Positions 1-14,323 of a DNA stretch of 64,000 nt are shown piece after piece. The DNA comes from Octopus vulgaris (Eukaryota). The notes beneath the pieces were generated by a model, which saw only the letters and a list, made by a program, of their open reading frames with translations, was not told the origin of the DNA and ran no database searches. Made by a program: the position numbers and the translations under genes. The number at the start of each line of letters is the position of its first letter. Within the stretch, counting starts at the first letter, position 1. The stretch is taken from contig OX597838.1 of the NCBI GenBank assembly GCA_951406725.2, forward strand, positions 13,082,001-13,146,000, given 5' to 3'.

Positions 1-97
1 GATAAACAATTTTGCAAATATCGCTTCTGCTGCTGCTGCTGCTGTTGCTAATGGTCTGCATGGTGATGCTAATGATATTGATAATACTGACAATATA

Positions 98-513
98 AAG
101 GCGGCGAGCTGGCGGAAACGTTAGCACGCCGGGCGAAATGCTTAGCGGTATTTCGTCTGTCGTTACGTTCTGAGTTCAAATTCCGCCGAGGTCGACTTTG
201 CCTTTCATCCTTTCGGGGTCGATAAATTAAGTACCAGTTACGCACTGGGGCCGATGTAATTGACTTAATACCTATGTCTGTCCTTGTTTGTCCCCTCTGT
301 GTTTAGCCCCTTGTGGGAAATAAAGAAATAGGTATTTCGTCTGTCGTTACGTTCTGAGTTCAAATTCCACCGAGGTCGACTTTGCCTTTCATCTTTTCGG
401 GGTCGATTAAATAAGTACCAGTTATGCACTGGGGTCGATGTAATCGACTTAATGCCTTTGTCTGTCCTTGTTTGTCCCCTCTATGTTTAGCCCCTTGTAG
501 GCAGTAAAGAAAT
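98..513 (+). mobile_element. tRNA-derived SINE family B (MetaSINE-like core gcctttcatcctttcggggtcgataaa), with partial tandem duplication
   Basis: B-box gagttcaaattcc. Other copies at ~7219-7451(+), 10064-10295(-), 10319-10540(+), 10829-11050(+), 24403-24630(-), 24722-24952(+), 26815-27043(-), 33997-34230(-), 38740-38945(+), 43540-43750(-), 57444-57682(+), 58415-58577(-). Confidence 0.85.
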
Positions 514-969
514 ATATAATACTGACAATATTGGAGGGGAAGATGATTGTGATCATGCTGTTGATGATAGTGATGATGATAATTCCAATAGTATCTCAGA
601 TGATTATGATTGCAGATATGATGATGATGATGATGGGGTGATGATGATGGTGGTGGTGATGATGATGGTGGTGGTGGTGATACTGATATGATGGTTTCTC
701 TGTTCATCACTGGTCATATATTTATGAGTTAAAGCAAAGACGAGGTTGTTGATTTTAAATAATTACGTGCACATGTGATAAAAAATAATTTAGTGGTGAG
801 AGCAGTATTAGTGCCAAAAGGTACTCTTAATGTGGTTGTCTTGTTAGAGTACTGAATACTGTGGCATTAGCCTCTATATGAGAGGTTCCCTCATATAGAC
901 ACATGGTGCATGTTGGCACTAACACATATAGCATAGCAGACGGGAGTCATTTGATATGGGTACTGGAAC

Positions 970-1013
970 TGCCAGATCACATACTTTCAGTATGCTGCAC
1001 TTCTTCAGTGGCA
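970..1013 (-). ncRNA. Type-I hammerhead, inverted partner of 1604-1645
   Basis: Minus strand reads tgcca-CTGAAGA-agtg(cagca)tact-GAAA-gtatgtga-TC-tggca. Core intact, stem III weakened. Confidence 0.62.
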
Positions 1014-1095
1014 AACTTCTAGTGATTGCATATCAGCCAAGTCTTGCTGTTATGATATTGTTGCTGATGTTGCAAATAGCCAGCAGGCTTATTAA

Positions 1096-1319
1096 CCCTT
1101 TCGTTACCAACCCGGCTGAATCCGGCATTGGCTCTATGGTACAAATGTCTTGTTTTCATAAGTTTTGAATTAAAATCTTCCACCAAACCTTTGTCACAAT
1201 TTATGTTCCTAACACTAGCTGAATGATAATACTAAGTTATTTTACTAAATTCTTTGTTATATTTAAAATTAACTGAAAGAAACACAGAGCATCTCAAAAT
1301 AAATATGGAAACAAAAGGG
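1096..1319 (+). mobile_element. piggyBac-type MITE, family 1
   Basis: TTAA|CCCTTTCGTT...AACAAAAGGG|TTAA. Multiple copies in the window. Confidence 0.85.
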
Positions 1320-1603
1320 TTAAAGAAATTATTACTTGTGAAGGGAGCTGTATTCATACCAAAGGCAATCTTTATATCCAGCTTAATGTGAATGTCTTCT
1401 TAGAATGCCAAATCCTGCAGTGTTTGCCTTGAGAGGTCCTCTCATAATAGACACATGCCTTTTGGTGCTAATATTGCTTTGGTTGTTAACGATTATTTTT
1501 TAATAAGCCTGCTGGCTATTTACCACATCAGTGACTGAAACGGCACCAATATTCTATAAATCATGGGAGCAAAATTTGGCTGGTATGTGGTCACAGGATG
1601 CCT

Positions 1604-1645
1604 GCCACTGAGGAAGTGCAATACGCTGAAATCATGGGATCTGGC
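1604..1645 (+). ncRNA. Type-I hammerhead ribozyme, canonical core
   Basis: gcca-CTGAGGA-agtg(caata)cgct-GAAA-tc(atgg)ga-TC-tggc. Stem I gcca/tggc, stem II 4 bp, stem III 3 bp. Predicted cut after AUC (C1641). Confidence 0.75.
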
Positions 1646-2755
1646 TGTACTGGTGCCCATATGAGATGATTCTCATCTGCTATTATATATGCATCTGTGC
1701 TTTTAAGGACCATGCATCCATAAGAGAGGACCTATCAAAGGGAATACAACAGCATTCAATGTTCTAACAAGACATCCACATATGTGATATTTAGATTATC
1801 AATACAGTTGTTTCAGTTGAGATTTTAACTGCTATTCGAGCGAGGTTGTTGCCAGTGCCGCTGGACTGGCTCCCGTGCAGGTGGCACATAAAAAGCACCA
1901 TTTGAGTGTAGCCGTTGCCAGTACCACCTGACTGGTCCTCGCGCCGGTGGCACGTAAAAGCATCCACTACACTCTCGGAGTGGTTGGCATTAGGAAGGGC
2001 ATCCAGTTGTAGAAACTCTGCCAGATCAAGATTGGAGCCTGGTGCAGCCATCTGGTTCGCCAGTCCTCAGTCAAATCGTCCAACCCATGCTAGCATGGCA
2101 AGCGGACGTTAAACAATGATGCTGATTCTGATGATGATCACAGTATTTTCTGGCTAGTTTAATCAGTCAATCCATCCATCTATTGACTGCATGTTTCCCT
2201 TAAGAAAGCAAAAGTGTGTAGCCTAGTGGTTAGGGTGTTACACTCAAAATCTTATGGTCACAGTTTCGATTCCCAGACTGATAGGTGTGTTGTGTACTTG
2301 AGCAAAGAATTTCATTTCACATTGTTCCGGTTCACTCAGGTGTAAATGAGTTCCAGCAATAGCTGGGAAATTATCCCTGCAAATGGGCCAGTGTCCCCTT
2401 TACTGGGGAGTGTTGTAATCTCAGTCACTTATATTCCTTAGAAAGTTAACTCTGGGCCATATGAGTCCTCAGGCTCAAGACAGACTTAAAGTCTAAGTCT
2501 TAAAAATAATTACAACCCCCCCCCCCTGCATAACAATGTCTCAGTTGTGTATATGTGTGTATTCATCTAACCCATGCTAGTTAGGAAAAAATGGATGTAA
2601 ATCAAAGAAAGAAACGAGCATCTTTTACAACTTTCTCAATTTGAGGGCAACTTTTCTCTCATCAACCTCTGAGACCTTGAAAAAGATTTCGAGGACTGCC
2701 TTCTTTCCTTCTTTCATTAACTCAGAAAATCCAACCCCAAAAATAAACACACACA

Positions 2756-2808
<53 letters not shown>

Positions 2809-4272
2809 GGTGGTGGTGATGGTGGTTGGTAGCTGAGATGATGATGGTGGTAATGGTGGTGGTGGTGGTGGTGGTTGGCAGCTGAGATGGAGATGATGGT
2901 AGTGGCAGTGGTGACGGTGGTTGTGGCTGGTTGCTAGATGGTATTGATGATGATGGTGGTAGTGGTGGTGTTGGTGGTGGATGTGGCGATGGTGGTGGGT
3001 GATGGTGATGGTGGTGGTTGATGGAGGGGGTGGTGGTGGTGTTGTAATGATGATGATGTATTATGGAGCATCTAAAATGCTTACACAGTGTGTCAGTGGC
3101 GTGCTTGCTTCGTGAAAGTCTTCACCAAAGTCTCTGGTGTTATTCCTCGACATTATTTCTGGTGGTGGTGGTGGTGGTGGTGGTGGTGGTAAGGCAGGGT
3201 AGGGTGGGGGGTGGGGTTCCATTGGCTGCCGATCAACTGTTAGTGTAATAAAAGTTTTGGCAATCCTCCCTTCTTCTATGTCTTGATGACGAGACCCGGG
3301 GTTTGTCTTGTCTTTTTGGCTATTTTGATCGACCAAGAATTTGAAGGGTGGTGGGCATAGGCATATGTGGTGGTACAGTTTTACTCTTGTTGCAGCCCCT
3401 CTTTTCACTCTCTCTCATCCTTTCTCTCTCTCTCTCATCCTTTCTCTCTCTCTCTCATCCTCTCTCTCTCATTCTCTCTCTCTCTCCCCACTTCCCTATC
3501 TATCTCTCCTCCCTCTCATTCGCTCTCTTATCCTCCCTCTCCTACATCTCTCTCCCCACTCTCTCCTCCTCCCTCACCCTTGCCACCTTGTTTTCCTGTC
3601 TCTTTCCCATCCTTCCCACTCTCTATCTCTACCTATCCTCCCCCCTCTCTCTCTATCTCTCCCCTCCTCCATTCCCCATTTCCCTCCATCTTTCCCTCTG
3701 TCTACTCCTCCCCCTCACATCTCTCCCTATCCTTCCCTCTTTCTATCCCTCTCCTCTCCTCATCTTTCCCACTCTATCACTTCCCCATCCACCCCTCCCC
3801 ATCTTCCCTCCCTCTCCCCTCCCATTCTCTTCTTCACTCCTCCACCCTCCTCTCTCTCACTCACTCTCTCTCTCTCTACTTCTGTTTGTTTTTCTTGCTC
3901 AGCTTCTTATATTTTAGTTTCCAAAATTTTTCACCTCTCTTCCTGCTCTCTCTCTCTCTCTCTCTCCATAATTTTGTGCATGCACACATGAGTGTGTATG
4001 TCACCCACCACCACCATCATCATCATCATCATCATCATCATCATAAGTTTACTTTTCCAGCCTTCCATGGGTCAGCTGGAATTTGTTGAGGTGCTCTTAC
4101 CAGGTGCTCTTCCTGTCACTCACTCTTCCATTTCTAAATCAGGTGATATTTCCTCATGGCCCAGACAGGTTTCTTGCAGCAGGTCCAGAATGAACGATTG
4201 CTTACATGATGGCGGTACTTGTTTACAACTATTGTACTATATCAAGACGAGGACACACAGACACACAGACAA

Positions 4273-4595
4273 AATGTACGTGTGTATGAGCAAAGCCAAC
4301 GCCAGCATTGCGACCAACATTGTGCAAGCATGAAGGCACGCTGGCAAAATGTTGCTCCCCTAAATGGAAACCTTACCTGTCATTGTGGTTTTGTTGCATG
4401 GAGCAAAGCAAGCCTTACTGTCCGCTCAAGAAAACATGTAGTAAATGAGTCACAAGCAGTTGAGCAAACTGAGTCTTCAATTTGTTGCCAAAAGGTTTGC
4501 AAGGCACCAATAGGCCTCAAGAGACATATTCTTGACCATAGAACACAATTGCTGCCTTGTTTTACTGAACTCTCATTTGTCATTCACAACAAGAG
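4273..4595 (+). mobile_element. 3' fragment of an RTE-type LINE ORF with two decayed C2H2 zinc fingers
   Basis: TCHCGFVAWSKASLTVRSRKH and CCQKVCKAPIGLKRHILDH, preceded by a YEQSQRQH...MKAR helix typical of the C-terminus of RTE-type ORFs. Confidence 0.55.
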
Positions 4596-4652
4596 AGCCC
4601 ATCATATATGTGTATCTATCTGTCTGTCTGTCTATCTACACACACACACACA

Positions 4653-4893
4653 CTCACCGACGATTTCATCTCAATCGAAGGAGAGGGGCTTTCTCCATCC
4701 GGGCTGCAGATCCGTGGAATAAGCTGGCGGACAAAATAGTGAAGATGCCGACGACCGTTCGGTTCAAAGTCTCTCTTGACCAGAAATGGCCTGAACTCTT
4801 TGCATGAACACCCTCCCTGTACATAACTCCATGTCTCCCTACATGGCCTTGCTTTTTGCTTTTTGAGCCAAAAAATTAACTTAACTTAACTTA
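4653..4893 (+). mobile_element. 5'-truncated CR1/L2-clade LINE 3' end
   Basis: RRGAFSIRAADPWNKLADKIVKMPTTVRFKVSLD fits the ORF2 C-terminal pattern R..FS.R....WN.L...V.....FK..LD. Short UTR and (TTAAC)n tail, inserted in (CA)n. Confidence 0.75.
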
Positions 4894-5809
4894 ACACACA
4901 GATATACAACCGGTTTCTTTTAGTTTCTGTGTAACATTTCCATTCATGGAGCTTTGGTCACACGTGCATATGTACTCTCTCTCTTTTACGCTTTTACTTG
5001 TTTCAGTCAGTTGACTGCGGACATGCTGGAGCACTGCCTTTAGTCGAGCAACTCGACCCCGGGACTTATTCTTTGTAAGCCCAGTACTTATTCTATCGGT
5101 CTCTTTTGCCGAACCGCTAAGTGACGGGGACATAAACACACCAGCATCGGTTATCAAGCAATGCTAGGGGGACAAACACAGACACACAAACATACACGCA
5201 CACACATAAATATATACATATATATGACGGGCTTCTTTCAGTTTCTGTCTACCAAATCCACTCACAAGGCTTTGGTCGGCCCGAGGGTATAGTAGGAAAC
5301 ACTTGCCCAAGGTGCCACGCAGTGGGACTGAACCCGGAACCATGTGGTGGGTAAGCAAGCTACTTACCACACAGCCACTCCTGCGCATATATGCATGTGT
5401 GTGTGTGTATAGATACGAGTTGTAGTGTGTTATTCATCTACACAAGGAACTGTGCCTCATGTTAGATGAGTAAACACATTATAATATAACAACCAAAATG
5501 TATTCTAAGACAAACAAGCAAAACAAATCAAAACTCAGGGTCTCTTTTGACAAGTCACATGATGAGACACATCTGTGTCTAAGATGCACCACAGCTGTTT
5601 TGTACAGCATCTCACCCACAGGGCACCAGTGCACGGTGGGTCGTAAATGTCGTAGCGAGTAATAAAGAATCGCATGAATTCCATTTTCTTGCTCTCCTAT
5701 TTTATATATGTATTATGCATGTTACGCATGTTGTATGTCATCACATCAAAAGCTCCCATCTGTTTTGTCATACTGGCATGCGTTTGGTGGTTTCCCACAG
5801 TCTGCATCA

Positions 5810-5849
<40 letters not shown>

Positions 5850-6122
5850 TTCCAGGAAAAACCAACCAACTTTGCTATTATATATTATGTGTCTAATAGT
5901 CTGGGTTGGGGTGTATTTTATTAGTGCCAAGTGGCACCAGAGGGGTTGTTTTGAGGTTGCTGTCTAAGCACTTTTTATCTTTTTAAATTTTCTTCTGACC
6001 TTGGACTCATAAGTCAGGCTATTCCCCACCCTTTCTTTTTTTTCTTTTTTCAAAAACTTTTTCTTGAGTCGCAAGAATCTTAATGCTAGTTACCTGGTTC
6101 TAATGGTGTTTAAGTGACTTAA

Positions 6123-6706
6123 CCCTTTTGTTACTGTATTTTAAAAAATCAAAATCAAAATCGATCAACATCAATGGAAATTGTAGCTGTGATACCAGTG
6201 CCGGTGGCACATAAGAGAACCATCCGAACGTGGCAGTTGCTAGCACCGCCCCTGACTGGCTTCCGTGCTGGTGGCACGTAAAAAGCACCATCCGATTGTG
6301 GCCATTGCCAGCCTCGTCTGGCACCTGTGCCGGTGGCATGTAAAAAGCACCCACTACACTCATGGAGTGGTTGGCATTAGGAAGGGCACCCAGCCGTAAA
6401 AACACTACCAGATCAGACTGGGCTTGGTGCAGCCTTCTGGCTTCCCAGACCCCAGTTGCACCATCCAACCCATGTCAGCATGGAAGGTGGACGCTAAACG
6501 ATGATGATGATGATGCTCTGTGTTTCTTTCAATTACTTTAAATATAATAAAGAATTTAGTAAAATAACTTTGTTATCATTAAGCTAGTGTTAGGAACATA
6601 AATTGTTACTAAGGTTTGGTGGAAGATTTTAGTTCAAAACTTATGAAAACAAGACATTTGTACTACAGGGCCAGAGCCAGTTTCAGCCGGGTTGGTAACG
6701 AAAGGG
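6123..6706 (-). mobile_element. piggyBac-type MITE, family 1, interrupted by a SINE (6146-6513)
   Basis: TTAA TSDs at 6119-6122 and 6707-6710. Reverse complement of 1096-1319. Confidence 0.8.
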
Positions 6707-7966
6707 TTAAATCACATGACCCTGAAACGGGATACCAGTCTGTAGCAGGATTCAAGAGCAACAATTCTTGACAGAAGGGGACAAATTAATTACATCGAAC
6801 CTAGGTGTTGACTGGTCCTTTATTTTATCGACTTTGAAGGAATGAAAAGCAAAGCTGACCTCAGCAGGATTTGAACTTAGAACGTAAAGAATTGGAAGAA
6901 ATGCTGCTAAGCATTTTGGCTGAGTTGCTTGCAATTTCTGCTGGCATGCTGCCAGAAGTTCTTTTATGTGGTTACTTCTCTTGGCCAGTTTCAGCCAGTT
7001 TCAGCCAGTTTCAGCCAGTTAAGCCAGCGCCAGACTGCTTACTGGCCGAAGCTCCAAAGTCGTTGTTAGTAAAATTCTTGTTTAAGAATAATGAATTTGT
7101 ACTCTACAGAAGTAATGTGTCATTAGTAACCAGTGTAATGTAAAATTGTTTTTAATATTACTGACCATAAGAACAAACATTAATATATGTATGTATACAC
7201 ACACACACATATATATATAAAGGCGGCGAGCTGGCAGAATCGTTAGCACACTGGGCGAAATGCTTAGCAGTATTTCGTCTGCCGTTACGTTCTGAGTTCA
7301 AATTCCGCCGAGGTCAACTTTGCCTTTCATCCTTTCGGGGGTCGATAAATAAAGTACCAGTTTCGCACTGGGGGCGATATAATCGACTCAATCCCTTCGT
7401 CTGTCCTTGTTTGTCCCCTCTATGTTTAGCCCCTTGTGGGCAGTAAAGAAATATATATATATAAAGAGAGAGGGAAACAGATAGATAGATTGATACATAC
7501 ACACACGCACACACAAACATTATGTAAATAGGTCTGACCCATGTCAGCAAGTAACATGGATGTTAAATGATGGTATGTGTATGTATATAGATGTGTTTAT
7601 ATATGTATGTATGTATGTATGTGTGTGTGTGTATATATTCATATATATATATACATATATATATATATAGGTGTGTATATGTTGTGTGTATGCATGAGTG
7701 TTTGTATGAATATATATATATTTGTGTATATATACACACATACATATATGTGGCTGTGTGTGTGTGTAGACATATAAACCTAATGGCATATTTCCCAGAT
7801 GCTTGAAAGAAAAAATCCTCCTGTTACTTGTCTTTTCTACGCATCTTTTCAACACTTTCTTTTGACCCTGAGCCCACCCTCACCAACCGGCTGTGTGTGT
7901 GTGTGTGCTGTAGTATACCTACCCTGCCTTTTCTTTCCATACATCTCTTATTGTCTGTATCTATCT

Positions 7967-7969
<3 letters not shown>

Positions 7970-8017
<48 letters not shown>

Positions 8018-8074
8018 TATATACATATATATATGTGTGTGTGTGTATGCATGTATATATATATATACATATAT

Positions 8075-8116
<42 letters not shown>

Positions 8117-8120
8117 ATAT

Positions 8121-8154
<34 letters not shown>

Positions 8155-8162
8155 ATATATAT

Positions 8163-8204
<42 letters not shown>

Positions 8205-8269
8205 ATGTGTATATATATGTATGTATATAAATATATATATATATACATATATATGTGTGTGTGTATGTG

Positions 8270-8301
<32 letters not shown>

Positions 8302-8327
8302 TATACACATATATGTGTATGTGTGTG

Positions 8328-8377
<50 letters not shown>

Positions 8378-8391
8378 TATGTGTGTGTGTG

Positions 8392-8458
<67 letters not shown>

Positions 8459-8472
8459 GTGTGTATATATAT
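7970..8472. repeat. Compound (TA)n/(TG)n microsatellite
   Basis: Directly visible. Confidence 0.95.
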
Positions 8473-9368
8473 ATCTGTATCTCTCTCTTTCTCTCCCTAC
8501 CTCTCTATCTATTTCACTATTTTCTGTCTGTCTGTTAGTCTGTTCCTTTCCCCCCCCCCCTCTCTTCCTCAAGTCAATCTAAGCTATCTAGTATGGAATG
8601 TGCAGTAATGACAAACACCCTCTATTCCCCTCTCATATTTTCCCCCCCTCTTCTTGCTCTCCACACTTCCCTCTCATCTCTTCCCCTCCCCTATCATATT
8701 CTACACCCCCCCATGCCCTTCTCCCTAAACCCACCCCATCGTCTTTTGCTATGCACTTTACTTTGATTTTTAACCTGAAGTAGATACCTTAATAACATTC
8801 ATCTAACCCCCTATCCTCCCTTGCCCTCCCTCCCTCTCTTCCCAACATTCTCCCTTTTAACCTTCTGATATATGAGCACCTTCAGAGACTAATTACTTAC
8901 CAAAAATAGACAAGGACCCTCAACCCTTTCCCCCACCACGACCAAAAAGCCACATTTTAATGATAATTATAAATAGACATATAATATTTTCTTTTATGTT
9001 TAGTCCACATGGTTGACAACCCTTACACACACGCACACACACTGTGCCTTTTGGAATCCGTGCCTCTCTGACAAAACCCTTAAGAGGGGTTGTATTTTTA
9101 AACACTGTTGTTGTGCAAAATTTAGCATGAGTCAATCAGAAGACCCGTTTTTAAGCAGTGTTACGGTTCTATTTATGATTTCTTACATGTAAGCATAGGA
9201 ATGGCTGTGTTGGTAAGGCTTTGTGGTTTAGGGTTCAGTCCCACTGCTTGGCACCTTGGGCAGGTGTCTTCTTCAATAGCCCCAGACTGATTAATGCCTT
9301 GTGAGTGAATTTGGTAGACAAAAACTGTGAGAAGCCCATCATGTGTGTGTACATATATATATATATGT

Positions 9369-9670
9369 GGAGGCGCAATGGCCCAGTGGTTAGGGCAGTG
9401 GACTCACGGTCGTAGGATCGCGGTTTCGATTCCCAGACTGGGCGTTGTGAGTGTTTATTGAACGAAAACACCTAAAGCTCCACGAGGCTCCAGCAGGGGG
9501 TGGTTGCGATCCCTGCTGTACTCTTTCGCCACAACTTTTTCTCACTCTTTCTTCTCTTGGCCTGCTTGCTTAGCCAACGGGGTGGCATCATTTGAAGGCT
9601 AAAACAATGCAAAGCGCATTGTGACCAACGATGTGTAGCAACATCTGATAACCTGGTCAGTCACAGTGAT
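9369..9670 (+). mobile_element. tRNA-derived SINE family D inserted in (TA)n
   Basis: A box tggcccagtgg, B box ggtttcgattcc. A second, internally deleted copy lies at 11709-11922. Confidence 0.8.
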
Positions 9671-11552
9671 ATATATATATATATATATATGTATAAAGTA
9701 AACACCCCCTTCATTCATGAATGACCATGGGATTATACCAAGAAAGTTACCCTCCGAGGCAAGTCCAGGCAAGGTTGTTTATGGAAGACCAGCAATCGCC
9801 TATGCATAACCAGCTTCCCCTCTCCACACCTGTGTTATCCAAAGGAAAGGTAAAAGGGATACAGCTTGGGCAAAATGCTTAGTGGCATTTCATCCATCTT
9901 TACGTTTTGAGTTCAAATTTCGCCGGTCAACTATTCCTTTCATCCTTTTGGGGGTCAATAAAATAAGTCCCAGTTGAACACTGGAATCAATATAATCGAC
10001 TTACCCCTCACCCCAGATTTCGGGCCATGAACCTATGGTAAAAAATGAAAAAGATTATTATTTAATTCTTTATTGCCCACAAGGGGCTAAACACAGAGGG
10101 GACAAACAATGACAGACATAGGTATTAAGTCGATTACATCGACCCCAGTGCGTAACTGGTACTTATTTTATCGACCCCGAAAGGATGAAAAGCAAAGTTG
10201 ACCTCGGCGGAATTTGAACTCAGAACTTAGCGGCAGACGAAATACCACTAAGCATTTCGCCTGGCGTGCTAACGATTCTGCCAGCTCATCGCCTTAAAAA
10301 GGTTATTATTATTATTGTTAAGCCGGTGAGCTGGTAGAATCATTACCATGCCAGGCAATGTGCTTAGTGGTATTTTGCCTGTCACTACATTCTGAGTTCA
10401 AATTCTGCCGAGGTTGACTTTGCCTTTCATCCTTTTGGGGTTGATGAATTAAGTACCAGTGAAACACTGGGGGTCGATGTAATTGACTAGTCCCTTCCCC
10501 ACCAAATATCAGGCCTTGTGCTTTTAGTAGGAAGGATTATTATAAAAGGAGAAAGGGGCTCTCTACCCCCCTTTTGACCAGGCTCCCGTGGCTTTTATGG
10601 GTTTTTCCACGTGAGACCTTTTCTTTTTTCGAAGCGTCTCCTCTATTGGGAGTTTTGTAAATTGTTGAATTTTTTTCGTTGTTGTAAAGCTTGTTTACAC
10701 GGACTTTTTTCTTTCGAAAAACGGAAAAAACCTTTTGTACCCTTTCGTCCTGTTTTGTCCCTTTATGTTTTCCAATCATGTGTGTCAGCCCTTTTGGCCA
10801 ATAAAAAAGAATTAATTATTATTATTATTAAGGTGGTGAGCTGGCAGGATTGTTTGCCTACCAGGCAAATTGCTTAGTGGCATTTTGTCCAACTTTACAT
10901 TTGGAGTTCAGATTCTGCTGAGGTCAACTTTGTCCTTTCATCATTGTGGGGTCAGTAAAATAAGTACCAGTTGAACACTGGGGTTGATGTAATCGACTAA
11001 TCCCCTCTCCCCTGAAATTGCTGGCCTTGTGCCAAAATTTGAAACCATTATTATTATAGTCATTATTATTATTAGTATTCCGTCAAGGTCGACTTTGCTT
11101 TTCATCCTTTTTGAGGTGGTTAAATTAAATACCAGCTAAGCACTAGGGCTGATGTAATCCACTTAGTCCATCTCCTGAAATTGCTGGTCTTCTGCCAGAA
11201 TTTGAAACCATCATCATCATCATCATCACCATCACCATCATCATGAATACTTATTTGCAAAATGTCTGAGGATTGCCTTTCCTAGCTTGGAGCTTAACGT
11301 AATGGAATGGTGATAAATAATGTTATGTGTGTACTAATGCTTGTTTTTATTACTTTGCTTGTCTTATGTTGGTTTAAAAGGGTTACATACCTGCACCTAA
11401 ATGTTTTCAGGCAATCAACCATATGCTCACCTGCATTCCTCTGTGAACTTTATACTTTTCTCTTCAATCCGCTAATGAACGCAATCAAGCATAAGCTTGT
11501 TTGGATGGAGTGTTTATGTCTGCATATAGAATATTCAGTTTACCTTATGCAT

Positions 11553-11589
<37 letters not shown>

Positions 11590-11916
11590 CAAATGTATGT
11601 TAGACTTAAATTCTAACATGAGGGAGTTCTGAGTACTGTAATGCTTGTTTTCTTGTACCCTAAAATAAACATAAGCTGTATATATATATACGTGTGTATA
11701 TATATGTGTGGAGGCGCAATGGCCCAGTTGTTAGGGCAGCGGACTTGCGGTCGTAGGATCGCGGTTTCGATTCCCAGACCGGGCGTTGTGAGTGTTTATT
11801 GAGCGAAAATACCTAAAGCTCCACGAGCTCTTGCAGGGGGTGGTGGCAATCCCTGCTGTACTCTTTCGCCACATTGTGACAAGCGATGTGTAACAACATC
11901 TGATGGTCTGGTCGGT

Positions 11917-11947
<31 letters not shown>

Positions 11948-12097
11948 CATAGGTGCATACATGGCTCTGTGACTTAGAAGCTTACTTCCCAGCCATGTGG
12001 TTTTGGGTTCAGTCCCACTACACAGAACCTTGGGCAAGTTTCTTTTATTTAAGCATCAAAGTATTGTGACTGGATATGGTGGACAAAAGCTGAAAGA

Positions 12098-12131
<34 letters not shown>

Positions 12132-12645
12132 AATTAATAAATAAATAAAACATATGCATATATGCATACATATATGTACGTACCTACCTCTACATGTATA
12201 TATACATGCATATATGGGTACAGGACACCAAAAAAACCTCAAACACAATGAGAAACGAAAACATAAACACAAAACCAAGGAACTGGACATTTTTCTTAAA
12301 CAACGAAAAAATAGAGTACAGGACATACAAAACAAGGAACATTCCCCTTCTTTAGTCGCCTTTGTTTCAGCTACTCCACGTTTCGAAGAAACGTGGTCAT
12401 GTACATCTTTACATTTCCCTAGTCACCCCGCAAAGCCATTAAAAATTCAATAGAAGTGACTTTTTTGTGAATTTTCTATCCAAAACCCATTTAAAATGCC
12501 TGAAATTTGATACGCCAATTGAATGCCAGCTAGCTGTATGTGATTGGTCGGAGATTTGGACAGTACTCGCATGTATGTGCACACGTACACAGCTGTATAT
12601 GGATGCACTAGCACTATGACCCGGCGTTGCTGGGTCATAGTGCTA

Positions 12646-12684
<39 letters not shown>

Positions 12685-12834
12685 GAAAAAAGCATACTCT
12701 TTACTGTAGTGTAGAGATTAATAATGTATTTTGTTTTGGTTGAGTTATGACAAGTCATGAGTCATAACTTGTCTGAAGATCTTGTGCATCCACAGGTAAA
12801 AACTCAGATTGGCAAGAAACTGACTCAACCAAAA

Positions 12835-12896
<62 letters not shown>

Positions 12897-13631
12897 ATTC
12901 TTCTCCTTGTCTTGTAATACTTACTGATTGTAAAAAGAAGTCAGCGTCTGTTTTGTTTACAATCCTTCATAAAAGTATATCTGGGCTGTTCAGGGGGAAA
13001 CCTTACTTTGCTTAAAAACAGGTGAAGATTGGTGACAAGAAAAGCAACAAGCCCTAGAAAAATTGTATGCACGCACACACACACACACATACAGGCATAC
13101 ACTCAATGGGCTTCTATGCAGTTTCCATCTACTAAATGCACCGATAAGGTGTCAGTTGGCCCAGGGCTGTAGTGGAAGACACTTGCCAAAGGAGCCATGC
13201 AGTGGGTCTGAACCGAAAATCATATGCTTACAATATGCAACATTTATATATATATATATACACCTACGAATATCTGTCTGCACAGTTATATACTCATACA
13301 CTTGCACTTATACACTCGCATACTCATATTCATGCAAATACACCCACACACACACACACACACACATAGAGACACAAAGCCATATCTTTATACATGCAGA
13401 TTTATACATGTGCACTCATATGCACTCACTCCTTCACATTGACACACATGCACACACATATACAGATGCACACGCACACACATATGCAGATGCACACATG
13501 CAGATGCACACACACATATAATATTACTAATGACTTTTTTACTTGGCAGAGAGGAAATGACAGGAAGGAAACTATATCTGCTAAGTAATTTATTTATTTG
13601 AGGCTACACAAAACAAGCACTATATACACAC

Positions 13632-13669
13632 ATCTATCTATCTATCTATCTATCTATATATATACATAT

Positions 13670-13714
<45 letters not shown>

Positions 13715-13715
13715 C

Positions 13716-13812
<97 letters not shown>

Positions 13813-13815
13813 TAC

Positions 13816-13860
<45 letters not shown>

Positions 13861-13915
13861 CATACATACATATATATATATATATACATACATACATACA
13901 TATATATATATATAC

Positions 13916-13950
<35 letters not shown>

Positions 13951-13989
13951 CATACATACATACATACATACACATATATATATATATAC

Positions 13990-14062
<73 letters not shown>

Positions 14063-14063
14063 C

Positions 14064-14094
<31 letters not shown>

Positions 14095-14095
14095 C

Positions 14096-14126
<31 letters not shown>

Positions 14127-14131
14127 CATAC

Positions 14132-14164
<33 letters not shown>

Positions 14165-14169
14165 CATAC

Positions 14170-14202
<33 letters not shown>

Positions 14203-14241
14203 CATACATACATACATACATATATATATATATATACATAC

Positions 14242-14276
<35 letters not shown>

Positions 14277-14323
14277 CATACATACATACATATATATATA
14301 TACATACATACATATATATATAC

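Larger units (their letters stand above)
826..1781. mobile_element. Old Penelope-like pseudo-LTR array (partial tandem plus inverted copy) interrupted by a TTAA MITE
   Basis: 826-1367 is a diverged reverse complement of 1457-1781. 1382-1456 repeats 826-906 directly. Both arms carry a hammerhead. Confidence 0.6.

Noticed and set aside
9369-9445. tRNA gene
   Set aside because: It has A/B boxes but continues into a shared SINE body also found at 11709, and there is no clean cloverleaf or terminator.
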